Shown in pieces: positions 25,880-35,779 of a stretch of 64,000 bases of DNA. Positions within the stretch are counted from its first letter, which is position 1. Every line of letters starts with the position of its first letter. The DNA is taken from positions 1-64,000 of the forward strand of contig JBDGRK010000003.1 of assembly GCA_042218075.1 (NCBI GenBank), in the 5' to 3' direction. The notes below the pieces were generated by a model. That model had not been told where the DNA came from and ran no database searches. It was given only the letters and a program-made list of their open reading frames with translations. Both the position numbers and the translations under genes were made by a program. The stretch is from Candidatus Nanohaloarchaea archaeon (GTDB lineage Archaea > Nanohalarchaeota > Nanosalinia > Nanosalinales > Nanosalinaceae).

Positions 25880-27949
25880 TTATTTAACCTCACTCCCCAC
25901 TTCCATTTCTTCGTCTACCTCCAGCAGTTTTACCATCTCTCCATCCTCCGATTCGGCGGCGAGCATCATGCACTCGCTTTTCTCTCCTCTAAGTTCAGTG
26001 GGTTCAAGGTTCGCCAGCACCACTACCTTCCTTCCCTCCAGCTCCTCTTTCGAGTAATGGTTCTTCAGTCCTGCGCACGTCTGCAGCTCGGCACTCCCTA
26101 GATTCAGGCTGATCCTGTATAGCCTGTCCGCGTCGGGATGGTCTTCCACCGACTCCACTCTTCCGATCCTGATATCCATCTCCTGGAAATCTTCGAAGGA
26201 AACGGTTTCATCATTGAATTCGTGTTCATCTCCTCCCATCTCTTTCTGATACTCAGATGTGTCGATCTTTTCGAACAGTATCTCCCTTTCTCCCAGTTCG
26301 TGCCCGGCTCCAATCCTTTCCATGGCTTTCTCGAACTGGTCCGCAGTTTCGGAAGTATCGATTTCAAGCTCCAGCATCTCTGCTATCTTCTCACTGGATT
26401 CCGGAATAAATGGATGGAGCGTGGCCGCGAGGGCATCTATTATCTTCAGGCAGATGTATATTGTCTCTTCCCTCCTTTCCTCGTTGTTCCATGGCTCTTC
26501 CTCTGAAAGGTAGCGGTCGCCTGTTCTGGCGATTTCCAGTGCTGAATCAAGTGCATCTTTCACTTCAGGTCTTGAATCCGCTGGATCAAAACTTTTCTCG
26601 TAATCCTCCAGCAATTGCTTGATCTCTGCCATAATCTCTCTTTCCTCCTGCTTCAGATCGGCTTCAGGCACAGTATTATCAAACCATTTCTCCGCCAGCG
26701 AGAGAGTCCTGTTGACAAAGTTACCTACAGTATCGTTCAGAACGTTGTTTATTTCGTCCTCAAAATCCTGCCAGGAAAAGTTGGTGTCATGGTCTGTCGG
26801 AAGCATCCTTGCGAGGTAGAACCGCCAGTAATCAGCAGGGTAGTAATCCACGGCTTCATCTATAAAAATTCCTCTATCCCTTGACTTGGAGAATGCGCCC
26901 TCCTGCCACATCAGGTACTGCTGAATGAACTCGTACTCCGGCAATCCGTATTCTATATCCTCGTTCCTTGAACCCAAAAGCATCGTCGGCCATATAACGG
27001 TGTGGAATATAGCGTTATCCTTCCCAATCGAGTAGTATATCTCCGCTTGACTGTCCCAGTGTTTTTTCCACTCATCCGAATCCTCGAAAAACTCCCTCGT
27101 AAAGCCTATATAGCCTATTGGCGCGTCGAACCAGACGTAGAGAACCTTTTCCTCGTAGGTCTCCGGGTCGAGTTCCCCTATATCGAGATCGTCTTCTCTT
27201 ATCCTCTTGTTGACCCTCTCCACCGGAACCCTGAATCCCCAGTCCTGGTCTCTGGTGATGGATCTATCCTCCGCCTCTTCAAGATCGTGGAGCACTTGGT
27301 TCTCCATGTTCTCAGGTATCGGCTCCTCGTTTTCAATCCATTCCCTGATCTCCTGCCTGTATTCGTTGAGATCCAGGAAAAGGTGTGTGGTTTCCCGGAA
27401 CTCTATCTCAGTACCCCCGCAGATCTGGCACTCCGCACTATTTATCTCCTCTGGTTCCACCAGCTTGCCGCAGTCGTCGCACTGGTCGCCTCTCGCCAGT
27501 CCACCGCAGTGTGGGCATTTTCCCTCGATATAGCGGTCGGGCAGGAACCTGTCGTCATTCCTGCAGTAGGGCATGGTCTGCACCCTCTGCTTGATCAGAC
27601 CTCTGCAGTATAGCTCCTCGAACATGTCATGTGTCTGTTTCCTGTTGTATTTGCTGTGAGTGTCTGAGAAGATTGAGAAATCCACGTTAAGGCTGTCGTA
27701 AGCTTCCTCGACTTTCCGGTTCTGCTCATCCTTGATCTCCTCAGGAGCTACACCTCTCTCGATCGCCTCGAGCTCAAGCGGGGTGCCGTGAACGTCTCCC
27801 CCGCAGATGAACTCGTTATCGATTCCCTTCAGGTCGAAGTACCGGTGCAGTAGTTCCGCTGGAAGCACACTCCCTGCCATGTTTCCGAGGTGTGGCACGC
27901 CGTGAACATACGGCAGCGCGGATGTAACCGTAACTTTTCTTTCTTCGAT
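25880..27949 (-). CDS. metG: Methionine--tRNA ligase with C-terminal tRNA-binding domain
   Basis: TSALPYVHGVPHLGN, zinc knuckles, YVWFDA, FSKS, OB-fold tail; frame extends to ATC at 27949, preceded by in-frame TAG. Confidence 0.95.
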   Translation of the reverse strand: MEERKVTVTSALPYVHGVPHLGNMAGSVLPAELLHRYFDLKGIDNEFICGGDVHGTPLELEAIERGVAPEEIKDEQNRKVEEAYDSLNVDFSIFSDTHSKYNRKQTHDMFEELYCRGLIKQRVQTMPYCRNDDRFLPDRYIEGKCPHCGGLARGDQCDDCGKLVEPEEINSAECQICGGTEIEFRETTHLFLDLNEYRQEIREWIENEEPIPENMENQVLHDLEEAEDRSITRDQDWGFRVPVERVNKRIREDDLDIGELDPETYEEKVLYVWFDAPIGYIGFTREFFEDSDEWKKHWDSQAEIYYSIGKDNAIFHTVIWPTMLLGSRNEDIEYGLPEYEFIQQYLMWQEGAFSKSRDRGIFIDEAVDYYPADYWRFYLARMLPTDHDTNFSWQDFEDEINNVLNDTVGNFVNRTLSLAEKWFDNTVPEADLKQEEREIMAEIKQLLEDYEKSFDPADSRPEVKDALDSALEIARTGDRYLSEEEPWNNEERREETIYICLKIIDALAATLHPFIPESSEKIAEMLELEIDTSETADQFEKAMERIGAGHELGEREILFEKIDTSEYQKEMGGDEHEFNDETVSFEDFQEMDIRIGRVESVEDHPDADRLYRISLNLGSAELQTCAGLKNHYSKEELEGRKVVVLANLEPTELRGEKSECMMLAAESEDGEMVKLLEVDEEMEVGSEVK

Positions 27950-28043
27950 CTAAGACACCTGTTAAGTTAGGCACTCTAAACTTTCTTTAAACTACCAGAA
28001 AAACTTCGGATTTAAAAGATTTCTATACTTTTCAATTTACGAG

Positions 28044-28886
28044 GTGCCTATCTGGACAGATAACCAAAGGTTAGCGCATAATCTTGAAGATTCTGTAAAA
28101 CCTGAGACCCATAATATCCAGTTTATCGCGGACTATTCCAAGAGCAGGAATCTATCGTTTTCAGAGGTCAAGCAGGTCCTCCGGAGCAAGATCCCAGGTC
28201 TTTCCGTGGACACTCTCTCAGTACCCCCATTCAATACGGTGGCCGCAGGATTTGTGCTTGAACAGCTCGGCTTTCATATCCCTAATCCTGACAACTTTCT
28301 GATCTACGCCAACGTAGCTCCGAGAGATGACAGTGATGTTCCGAGGAAGGATAACGAGGGAGAGCCTCTCGTTTTTGTCCGGCTGGAGAACGATGTTCCA
28401 ATCGTGACCACCAGGTCCGGATTTATACTTTCTTTCGTGAAGCCATGGATTGAGGAGGCGAGAGAAATGGATGTAAAGAGAAACGGCAGCCAGTTCAGGT
28501 CCAGGGATATTTTCCCTGAAGCGGTGGAGAGAGTTTTGAAGGGAGAGGAACAGGAAATAACCTCGAGCCAGCTCGATCCGGATGAGATCCCTGATAGACC
28601 TGAATACCGGATAGCTTACATAGACGGCTTTGGCAACCTCAAGACCACGATCAGGGAATCGGAGGTCGAGGGGAAGCATGGAAAAAATGTGGAGGTCTGT
28701 GTTAATGGAAGAAAGATGATAATGGAGAGAGCCGATGGAATCTTCGGAGTTGAGCCGAGAGATAAAGTTTTTGCTCCAGGGTCTTCCGGCGGTAGCGATC
28801 CCTATATGGAGATAGTGAAGAGAGGAGCGTCCGTGGAATCAGAGATAGGCGGTGTAGAGCCCGGCGACCGCATTCAACTCAGATAA
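28044..28886 (+). CDS. SAM hydroxide adenosyltransferase (DUF62)-like protein
   Basis: FIADY, SQFRSRDIF, YIDGFGNLKT. Confidence 0.8.
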   Translation: MPIWTDNQRLAHNLEDSVKPETHNIQFIADYSKSRNLSFSEVKQVLRSKIPGLSVDTLSVPPFNTVAAGFVLEQLGFHIPNPDNFLIYANVAPRDDSDVPRKDNEGEPLVFVRLENDVPIVTTRSGFILSFVKPWIEEAREMDVKRNGSQFRSRDIFPEAVERVLKGEEQEITSSQLDPDEIPDRPEYRIAYIDGFGNLKTTIRESEVEGKHGKNVEVCVNGRKMIMERADGIFGVEPRDKVFAPGSSGGSDPYMEIVKRGASVESEIGGVEPGDRIQLR

Positions 28887-29646
28887 CCCTTCTCTTCAGT
28901 TTTGCCAGGCTTGAAAGACCGAAGTCGGGTCTCTGTATTTCCTTCGATTCCTTCAGTACTTCCTCATCTATCTCACCAGAGAAAACCGCGACAGTTGTCA
29001 TCCCGAGCCTGTTGCCTGTCTCAATATCTTCGAGGCGGTCGCCTATCATCACCGATCTTCCGGGGTAGAAGTCGAAGTAGTCCTCGAATACCTCTCTGAA
29101 TTTGTCACTCGGCTTTCCAACCATTTCAGTGCTGCCAAACTCTTCAAGGCAGCGGTTGAAGCAACCCTGGTTCGGTGTCACTCCCTTCGATGTCCTGAAA
29201 TATGTTTCACTCCCGCAAAGTATTGCCTCGCCTTCTTCCATTATCCTCATAGCCTTCCTGGCCTTGCCGTAATTGAAACCTCGGTCGAAGCCTGAAACAA
29301 CGGTACTCGAGTCTTCATTCACTTCTATGCCTCTATCATCCACTTCGCTAACCAGTCCCTGCTCACCTATCACGTAGCACTCAGTGACGTTTTTCTCAGA
29401 AAGCCTCTCACCTGCCACGTACGCTGACGTGAGTACCTGCTGTTTCTCCGCCGGTATACCCATCCGGGTCAGTTTCTTCGCGTACTCCTGCCTGTTGAGT
29501 AAGGTATTGTCTGTGTGGAAGTAAACGTTTTTTCCCGCCTCTCTCAGTGAGTCCACGAGGTCGGCGGCACCTATAATAAGTTCATCCCAGTTCCAGAGCG
29601 TTCTGTCGAGATCGAAGAAGAAACTGCTGTAATCGTTGACGTCCAT
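28879..29646 (-). CDS. HAD-IIA hydrolase (NagD-like)
   Basis: FDLDRTL, GKPS, MIGDRLEDI. Confidence 0.88.
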   Translation of the reverse strand: MDVNDYSSFFFDLDRTLWNWDELIIGAADLVDSLREAGKNVYFHTDNTLLNRQEYAKKLTRMGIPAEKQQVLTSAYVAGERLSEKNVTECYVIGEQGLVSEVDDRGIEVNEDSSTVVSGFDRGFNYGKARKAMRIMEEGEAILCGSETYFRTSKGVTPNQGCFNRCLEEFGSTEMVGKPSDKFREVFEDYFDFYPGRSVMIGDRLEDIETGNRLGMTTVAVFSGEIDEEVLKESKEIQRPDFGLSSLAKLKRRVI

Positions 29647-29678
29647 GCACACTGATAAAATGTTTAAAGCTCTTATAC

Positions 29679-30647
29679 GTGTCTATGGCCGGGATCGAGG
29701 AAGCTGCGCGGGAGCTCAAGAAGAGGCAGTCGATGGGTAAGGATCTTGAAGAGAAGTTTAAAGGAGTAGAGAGGATAGCTGAAGGTCCTGTAGTGAAGGA
29801 GTCTGTGATGTCCAGGAAGGTAGATGAGATTAAGCCACAGAAAGTTGCGGGAGTTGACGGGGGAATTTCCAGGAGGAGCTACTCTCATGGGGAGGTTGTC
29901 GCGACAAGGGCGGTGGCGGCGGTATTTAATTTCGGGGAGGACGGTGTTGAATCTGAATACATACCGGGTAAAAATCCTGAGCCTGATTTCAAGGTTCTGG
30001 ATGCTGTCGACAGGGATAGCGTGGAATCAGCCGCAGAGAGGGAGAGGCTTGAGAAGGAGACTTCAGTCGCGGGGAAGGCCATAGACCGGGCTGGAAGAGT
30101 TTTCATGGATGGATCTGTAGTTCCCAGCTATTCAGGCGAATCTGGAGTTATCCGGAAGTATGAGAGCCTTTTCCGGGAATCGAGTATGGGTCAGCTTGTG
30201 GGTGTGGTGGAGGATTCTCACGGATTGAAGACCTCTGAACTGATCAAGGAAAAACTTGGTATCGATGTCGGGAGAGTGAGGGACACCTTGATGATGGATG
30301 CGATACTTGAGGAGGGGGAAAGGAGCTTCGTGAGGCGTTACTCGAAAGGCCCGGTAGAGCATCCGGTGCTGAAGAAGATGGATGACGATCTGGTTGAAAA
30401 AATTCATACTTTTTACATAAAGATCTCGAAGAAGGATCTTCCTCTTAGGATCGATTACTTTGGCGAGGTTGAAGATGCTGACAGAATCGCGGGAGAGCTC
30501 AGCTTTATGGCTTCTTCACCCAGCTACACTGTACCATCGCCGGTGGTGGAGGCGGATCGTAGGGCCAAAATCGAAGGGAAGGTGCTTGAAAGGCTTGAGA
30601 GAAGATTCAATCCTGGGCTCAAGCGAAGGAACAGAAGAAGTTTCTGA
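29679..30647 (+). CDS. nurA: NurA 5'-3' nuclease
   Basis: VAGVDGG, FMDGS, VEADRRA. Confidence 0.8.
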   Translation: MSMAGIEEAARELKKRQSMGKDLEEKFKGVERIAEGPVVKESVMSRKVDEIKPQKVAGVDGGISRRSYSHGEVVATRAVAAVFNFGEDGVESEYIPGKNPEPDFKVLDAVDRDSVESAAERERLEKETSVAGKAIDRAGRVFMDGSVVPSYSGESGVIRKYESLFRESSMGQLVGVVEDSHGLKTSELIKEKLGIDVGRVRDTLMMDAILEEGERSFVRRYSKGPVEHPVLKKMDDDLVEKIHTFYIKISKKDLPLRIDYFGEVEDADRIAGELSFMASSPSYTVPSPVVEADRRAKIEGKVLERLERRFNPGLKRRNRRSF

Positions 30648-30685
30648 TCGCCACCTTTTTTTGACCTCTGAACCAAATCTTTCCC

Positions 30686-31171
30686 ATGGCCCGGTTGAAA
30701 GAAGCACTGTTTGTATCATTAGTCATGCTTTCGGCTCTCCAAGGTGCATCAGCCTCGATTCAGCATGAGGTAAGTCATGAATACTCCAGCGTAATAACCT
30801 ACATCAATAGCACGGAGACGTTTCTGGTAACTGTAAAGAATACCGGCTCAGATAGGAGAGAGCTTCGGACCATTATAGAGAATGTAAACGCCTTCTTCAA
30901 CGCGGAGGGTGATGACAGGGTTGAATACAGTCTCAATGCGGGAGAAAACAGGACCTTCCGGATAACCCTGGCTCCCGATGAGGTCAAAGATGCTGACATG
31001 AAGATAGTTACCCATAACAAGGATTTACAGATAAATACAACCACAGTGATACCGGTGACTATTAGACAGAATCCTGCTTCTTACCAGAAAAGACAGGCTC
31101 CCGGGATAGGATTCATTCATGTCATTCTTCTGGCGGGGTCGTCTCTCTTCCTCTATTGTTCACGACTCTGA
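30686..31171 (+). CDS. Secreted/surface protein with C-terminal PG-type anchor
   Basis: Signal peptide, Ig-like core, APGIGF + TM helix (PGF-CTERM-like). Confidence 0.65.
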   Translation: MARLKEALFVSLVMLSALQGASASIQHEVSHEYSSVITYINSTETFLVTVKNTGSDRRELRTIIENVNAFFNAEGDDRVEYSLNAGENRTFRITLAPDEVKDADMKIVTHNKDLQINTTTVIPVTIRQNPASYQKRQAPGIGFIHVILLAGSSLFLYCSRL

Positions 31172-31334
31172 CTATGTAGCCCGCCACCCTGTTCCTGAGT
31201 TTCTTCGACTCGAACTCATCCATTTCCTTGAGTTCCTGCTTGTTCTCATCGAACTCCTCGGAGAATCTCTCCGGGTCTGCTTCAACCATGTCCTTGGCGA
31301 GCCTCTTGATGTAGGTCTGTCTTACCCTGCCCAT
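31122..31334 (-). CDS. rps17e: 30S ribosomal protein S17e
   Basis: MGRVRQTYIKR...FDENK...SKKLRNRVAGYI. Confidence 0.95.
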   Translation of the reverse strand: MGRVRQTYIKRLAKDMVEADPERFSEEFDENKQELKEMDEFESKKLRNRVAGYIVRVVNNRGRETTPPEE

Positions 31335-31409
31335 AAGGTGCAACGATTTCACAATCTTCTTAAATAGGGGGATGGTAGCAGCTTTAAATCCGGGATGATA
31401 AATGAAAAC

Positions 31410-31694
31410 ATGGCAATCAGGAGACTGGTACTGGATATCTTGAAGCCGCATGAACCCAGCATAATTGAGTTGACCAGAAGCATATCAGAGCTTGAGAACG
31501 TCAGAGGCGTCAATTCCTCCCTTTTAGAGGTGGATGAAGAGGTGAAGAACTTCAAGGTTACGGTAGAGGGAGAGTTCGTGTTGGGAGAAGTAAAAAATTT
31601 GGTGGAAGAAGCTTCGGCCTCTATACACAGCATAGATGAAGTTGCGATGGGTGAAAAACTTGTCGAGAAGGTAGAAACTCCGCAGGACAGATGA
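31410..31694 (+). CDS. DUF211 family protein
   Basis: IRRLVLDILKPHEP...SIHSIDEV. Confidence 0.9.
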   Translation: MAIRRLVLDILKPHEPSIIELTRSISELENVRGVNSSLLEVDEEVKNFKVTVEGEFVLGEVKNLVEEASASIHSIDEVAMGEKLVEKVETPQDR

Positions 31695-32266
31695 GCTGGC
31701 TATCCGATCTGAGAGAAAACTGGAGGCGTGAGGAAGTAAGATCGATCTCAAGGAGATACTTTGTATCCAACGGGTTTGACGGCGCTCTGACAGCTATAGG
31801 TATAGCGGTAGGGGCTTTCCTGACAGGTATTGAAAGCGGCTTCCAGGTTTTCATGGTCGGGATAGGTGCGATGATAGGTCTATCCACTTCAGGTTTCTGG
31901 AGTGTATGGGAGATAGAGAAAGCTGAGAAGCTGGCGGAATTGAGGGATGTAGAGGATTCCATGCTGAGGGATCTTGAGGATACTAGGCTGCACAGTATTA
32001 AGAAGCAGGGAAGAGCCATTAACGCAGTGATGAGCGGTCTTGGACCGGCTCTGGTCATGGTACTCGCTCTTTCACCTTTTGTTTTTACAGGGTTTCTGTC
32101 CGGCTACCAAACCACTTTAGTGTCGATCGGAATAGGAAGCTTGCTGCTTTTCGGGTTCGGATCTTACATGGGCAAGATTTCAGGAAGAAAGTGGTACATC
32201 GCGGGTACGAGAATGGGGCTGGCAGGTATCTTTGTGGCTTTGCTCAACTATTTTCTCCCGGGATAA
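31691..32266 (+). CDS. VIT1/CCC1 family transporter
   Basis: RRYFVSNGFDG; TM pattern; typical partner of DUF211. Confidence 0.88.
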   Translation: MSWLSDLRENWRREEVRSISRRYFVSNGFDGALTAIGIAVGAFLTGIESGFQVFMVGIGAMIGLSTSGFWSVWEIEKAEKLAELRDVEDSMLRDLEDTRLHSIKKQGRAINAVMSGLGPALVMVLALSPFVFTGFLSGYQTTLVSIGIGSLLLFGFGSYMGKISGRKWYIAGTRMGLAGIFVALLNYFLPG

Positions 32267-32328
32267 GATCGGTTTATAAAAGTTCCTCCCGCTCTACTGT
32301 TTATAGTTCAAAGGAGGTGAGTTTTAGT

Positions 32329-32520
32329 ATGAAAGGCGAAGTTAAGTTCTTCCACGACAAGAAGAAGTACGGATTTATAGTGACCGAAGATCTGGACGAC
32401 GATCTTTTCTTCCACGTGAGCGATCTCGAAGGAGATTCGATCGAGGAAGGAACTGAAGTCGAGTTCGAGCAGGAAGAAGGCGACAAAGGACCAAAAGCAG
32501 TCGACGTAGTCGTTGCTTGA
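32329..32520 (+). CDS. Cold-shock protein
   Basis: GEVKFF, KYGFI, FFHVS, KGPKA; strong SD AGGAGGTGA. Confidence 0.95.
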   Translation: MKGEVKFFHDKKKYGFIVTEDLDDDLFFHVSDLEGDSIEEGTEVEFEQEEGDKGPKAVDVVVA

Positions 32521-32619
32521 GGTCTCTCAGTTAATTCTGAGTTTTTGATTCCATCAAATTTTCTCCATTCTATTTTCATTTTCCGAAAGTTTCTTGATAA
32601 TATCAACTGATTTTTAGGT

Positions 32620-33339
32620 ATGACAGAACAACTCTACCTACCGGACAACGAGTACCAGAAAGAGTTTGATTCAAAAGTTTCCAAGTCAGGGGAGCAGGAC
32701 GGATATATCTGCCTGGAAGAAACCCTGTTCTACAAAGAGGGTGGTGGTCAGCCCGCGGATCATGGAAAGATAAGCTGGGATGGTAAAGAAGCAGAAGTAA
32801 CAGATGTTCAAAAAGAGCATGGAGAGATAAGACATTACATTGACGGCGCTGTTCCAGAGGCGGGAACAGAAATTCACGGAGAAATTGACTGGAGTAGAAG
32901 ATACAGGCACATGAGGATGCATACCGCCCAGCACGTGCTTTCCTGGGTTGTCCTCAACATGTACAACGCCTCGACTTCCGGAAACCAGATTCATGAGTAT
33001 TACTCAAGGATCGACTTCAAGCCTGTAGATCTTTCAGAGGAAGAGGTTGAAAAGATCGAGAAAGCAGCAAATTCGCTCATAGAGAAAGAACTGGAGGTTG
33101 AGAAGAAGTTTATGCCCCGTGAGCAGGTGGAGCGATCAGTCAAGGAGGGAAGGACCAATCTTGATATAATCCCGGACAGCATCGATCCCCTGAGAGTAGT
33201 GGTAATCGGTGAGGAAGACCTGTGTCCATGTGGAGGAACACATGTCGACAGTATCGACGAGATTGGAAGAATAGAGATCACCGATAGAATTTCCAAGGGA
33301 GCAAACGTGGAGAGACTGGAGTTCGAGCTTGAAAGGTGA
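32620..33339 (+). CDS. alaX: Alanyl-tRNA editing protein AlaX
   Basis: GGGQPAD, HTAQH, CPCGGTH. Confidence 0.92.
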   Translation: MTEQLYLPDNEYQKEFDSKVSKSGEQDGYICLEETLFYKEGGGQPADHGKISWDGKEAEVTDVQKEHGEIRHYIDGAVPEAGTEIHGEIDWSRRYRHMRMHTAQHVLSWVVLNMYNASTSGNQIHEYYSRIDFKPVDLSEEEVEKIEKAANSLIEKELEVEKKFMPREQVERSVKEGRTNLDIIPDSIDPLRVVVIGEEDLCPCGGTHVDSIDEIGRIEITDRISKGANVERLEFELER

Positions 33340-33847
33340 TTTTGTAGATCATATCTCTTTTAAGGTGAATAATTTAGAATACCATGAGGCAGGGGAAGAG
33401 TTTCGTGAAGGAACAAGGATGTATGATGAAGCAGTTGTGGGCAAATTCAACCTGATGCTTAATGATCGGAAACCCTACTCTGGAATGCCCTATAAAATAA
33501 ATCTTTCAGAATCAGCTTTCAATCTATTTCAAATCTACGAAAAATCTGAGCAGAACATTTTCGAGGGTTATGTCTTGACTTGTGTATGTGGCGTTAAAGA
33601 GTGTGCGAAGGTTAAATGGAGGGTTAAGCAGAAAGGAGGAAAAATGAATATTGAAATGTCTGATAATTTGGATAATGAACACGGCGTCTACAGTGTAGAT
33701 AAAAAAGACTATTTGAAGGAACTTTCATCATTATTAACAATTTTGATTGACTTCACATCATCCAGGGGTATTTCTGAAGTTAATGGAAGAGATGTAGATA
33801 TTTTTCAAGAAAAAATAGAGAAAATAACTGATTTGAGGCGGAAATAA
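33329..33847 (+). CDS. Hypothetical protein
   Basis: AT-rich ORF with CxCGxxxC. Confidence 0.55.
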   Translation: MKGDFVDHISFKVNNLEYHEAGEEFREGTRMYDEAVVGKFNLMLNDRKPYSGMPYKINLSESAFNLFQIYEKSEQNIFEGYVLTCVCGVKECAKVKWRVKQKGGKMNIEMSDNLDNEHGVYSVDKKDYLKELSSLLTILIDFTSSRGISEVNGRDVDIFQEKIEKITDLRRK

Positions 33848-33871
33848 TAGTTTCGCTCATTAGCCATTATT

Positions 33872-34738
33872 CTACTTCAAGTATTCCTCCAGAAACTTCA
33901 TCGGAGCATAACCGTAACCGGCGTCCTGGTGCCAGTTCAGGTTGAGGTATTCTTCCGGAGAAACCCATCTATAGTTCTGGTGCTCCTTTGAAAGCTCAAC
34001 CTCTCCCTCCCAGTCCTCGCAGAAGATTATGAAGGTATCCACGCTGTTTTCCTCCTCAACCTCTTCCCTTACAACATCCTCCATCTCGCCCAATCTCAGG
34101 CCAGTTTCTTCTTCAATCTCTCTTCTTGAAGCCTCGAATCGGTCATCGGCTGCCTTGAACCTTCCTCCAGGGAGCTCCCATTTTCCAGCCATTCTTCCGT
34201 AAAGAGTATACTTATGTCCGCTGTGGATCTTGTCTTCAGCTGTCTTCTGCACGGCCAGAAACTTCCCTTCCTCATTCTGTATCAGCAGCTTTACCACTTG
34301 GATTCCGTCTCCCTCACCGTAATTTTTATCCGATTGCCTGTAATCCTCGAGAAACTCTATAACCGGTATAATGTACGAAGCATCTCTGTGCCAGTCGAGC
34401 TCTCTTGCCTCCCCCTTTTCAATCCATCGGAAATCCTGGTGCTCATCGCTGAGCTCTATCTCGCCTGAAATCTCATCGCAGAACATCACGAAACATTCCA
34501 GGACTTGTTCATGCTCGATCTCCAGCCTAACAAGATCCTCCAATCTCTCTATCTCGAGCCCGGTCTCCGCTTCAATTTCTCTCCTGCCAGCTTCGAAACG
34601 ATCCTCTCCGTACTCCATCTTCCCGCCCGGCTGCTCCCATCTATCTCCCATGAAATCATATTCGGGTGATTTCTTCAGCATCAGCAGCTCTCCATCATCG
34701 TTCTGGATCAATAGTTTAACTACTCTTGTCTTATCCAT
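33872..34738 (-). CDS. Tandem double-NUDIX hydrolase
   Basis: Two Nudix boxes (PGG...RREIEAETG and PGG...RREIEEETG). Confidence 0.9.
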   Translation of the reverse strand: MDKTRVVKLLIQNDDGELLMLKKSPEYDFMGDRWEQPGGKMEYGEDRFEAGRREIEAETGLEIERLEDLVRLEIEHEQVLECFVMFCDEISGEIELSDEHQDFRWIEKGEARELDWHRDASYIIPVIEFLEDYRQSDKNYGEGDGIQVVKLLIQNEEGKFLAVQKTAEDKIHSGHKYTLYGRMAGKWELPGGRFKAADDRFEASRREIEEETGLRLGEMEDVVREEVEEENSVDTFIIFCEDWEGEVELSKEHQNYRWVSPEEYLNLNWHQDAGYGYAPMKFLEEYLK

Positions 34739-35113
34739 TCAGAAATCACCTGATTCTGTCTCCACTTTACTGCATTTTTCTCTCAGTTCCTCATCCAGTG
34801 TCGCCAGTTTTTCTCCATGCATCCTGGCTAAATAAATGAAGGAAGCATCGTAGAATGCTATTTCTTTTTCACCGGCAATTTCCATAGTTTCCTGCCTGTC
34901 AGCTTTCCAAATTTCTATCTCTTTCTCAATCATATCAAGCAACTCGAGTAATTCCTCTTGTTCCTCCTGTTCGATCTGTTCAAGAAGTGTATGCTGCTTC
35001 CAGATAATGTTGCTGACTTCGTAGAATGCGAAGTCAAGTGTTTTCGAGCCAAAAAGTTGCTCAACTTCTCCCTCCTCTATAGATTTGAAGATAAAGCTTG
35101 AGTCAGCTATCAT
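34739..35113 (-). CDS. vapC: VapC PIN-domain toxin
   Basis: ADSS, YEVSN, FYDASF, LATLD. Confidence 0.88.
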   Translation of the reverse strand: MIADSSFIFKSIEEGEVEQLFGSKTLDFAFYEVSNIIWKQHTLLEQIEQEEQEELLELLDMIEKEIEIWKADRQETMEIAGEKEIAFYDASFIYLARMHGEKLATLDEELREKCSKVETESGDF

Positions 35114-35328
35114 CTATTCTCACGATCTTCCCGGATGGACTTGACGATTTCCTCATCACCTATATCCAGCTTTCTGCTCAAATCTTCAGCCTTCTCTTCA
35201 ATCTTTTCACGCCGTCTTCTTTCGATCTCCTCTTTTAAAGCTTTCCTGATAACCTCACTGACTTCTATGTTTTCTTCCGAAAGCCTGTCCTTCAGCTCGT
35301 CTGGAACCCTTGCAGAGACGGTCGCCAT
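35110..35328 (-). CDS. vapB: VapB/CcdA-like RHH antitoxin
   Basis: MATVSARVPDELK...SEVIRKAL...IREDRE; overlaps vapC by 4 nt. Confidence 0.85.
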   Translation of the reverse strand: MATVSARVPDELKDRLSEENIEVSEVIRKALKEEIERRRREKIEEKAEDLSRKLDIGDEEIVKSIREDRENR

Positions 35329-35416
35329 AACTGTAAACAAAAATGTAATACTTAAATGTTTTACGTCAAGAGTTTTTGGCCGGGGATTATTGAACATTGG
35401 CCTGATTTCTAAATAC

Positions 35417-35779
35417 ATGAATGAAGGAAGTCATTTAATTTGGGAAAATTATAGAGATTTTCTGACAGAGTTTGGCTCGGACGATTTTGAAAAAATACAA
35501 TCAAAATTGAACCCGGAAGGCAGGGTGTTGGTAAGCTATCCAGACGGTAGAAGTAGCGTGTGGACAGAAGAAGTGCTTTCCAGATATGAAGATCTGAAAA
35601 ACAGTTTCGGGAATCCGGATCAGTACATTTGTGAGACACATAACGGTTCTAAACTTGTTTATGTTTCAGATGATGGAGAATTGCTCTTCTCTGTCTATGA
35701 ATCAGGAATTGAGTCCGGCATAAGTGGTTCGATCTCTGAATGGCTACGGTTTATCGGTGAAGAACTCCTTTCAACTTGA
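35417..35779 (+). CDS. Hypothetical protein
   Basis: Acidic 120-aa ORF from MNEGSH. Confidence 0.5.
   Translation: MNEGSHLIWENYRDFLTEFGSDDFEKIQSKLNPEGRVLVSYPDGRSSVWTEEVLSRYEDLKNSFGNPDQYICETHNGSKLVYVSDDGELLFSVYESGIESGISGSISEWLRFIGEELLST

Noticed and set aside
28044-28115. Second possible non-AUG start (DUF62-like gene)
   Set aside because: An in-frame GTG at 28044 is available, so a non-canonical start is not required
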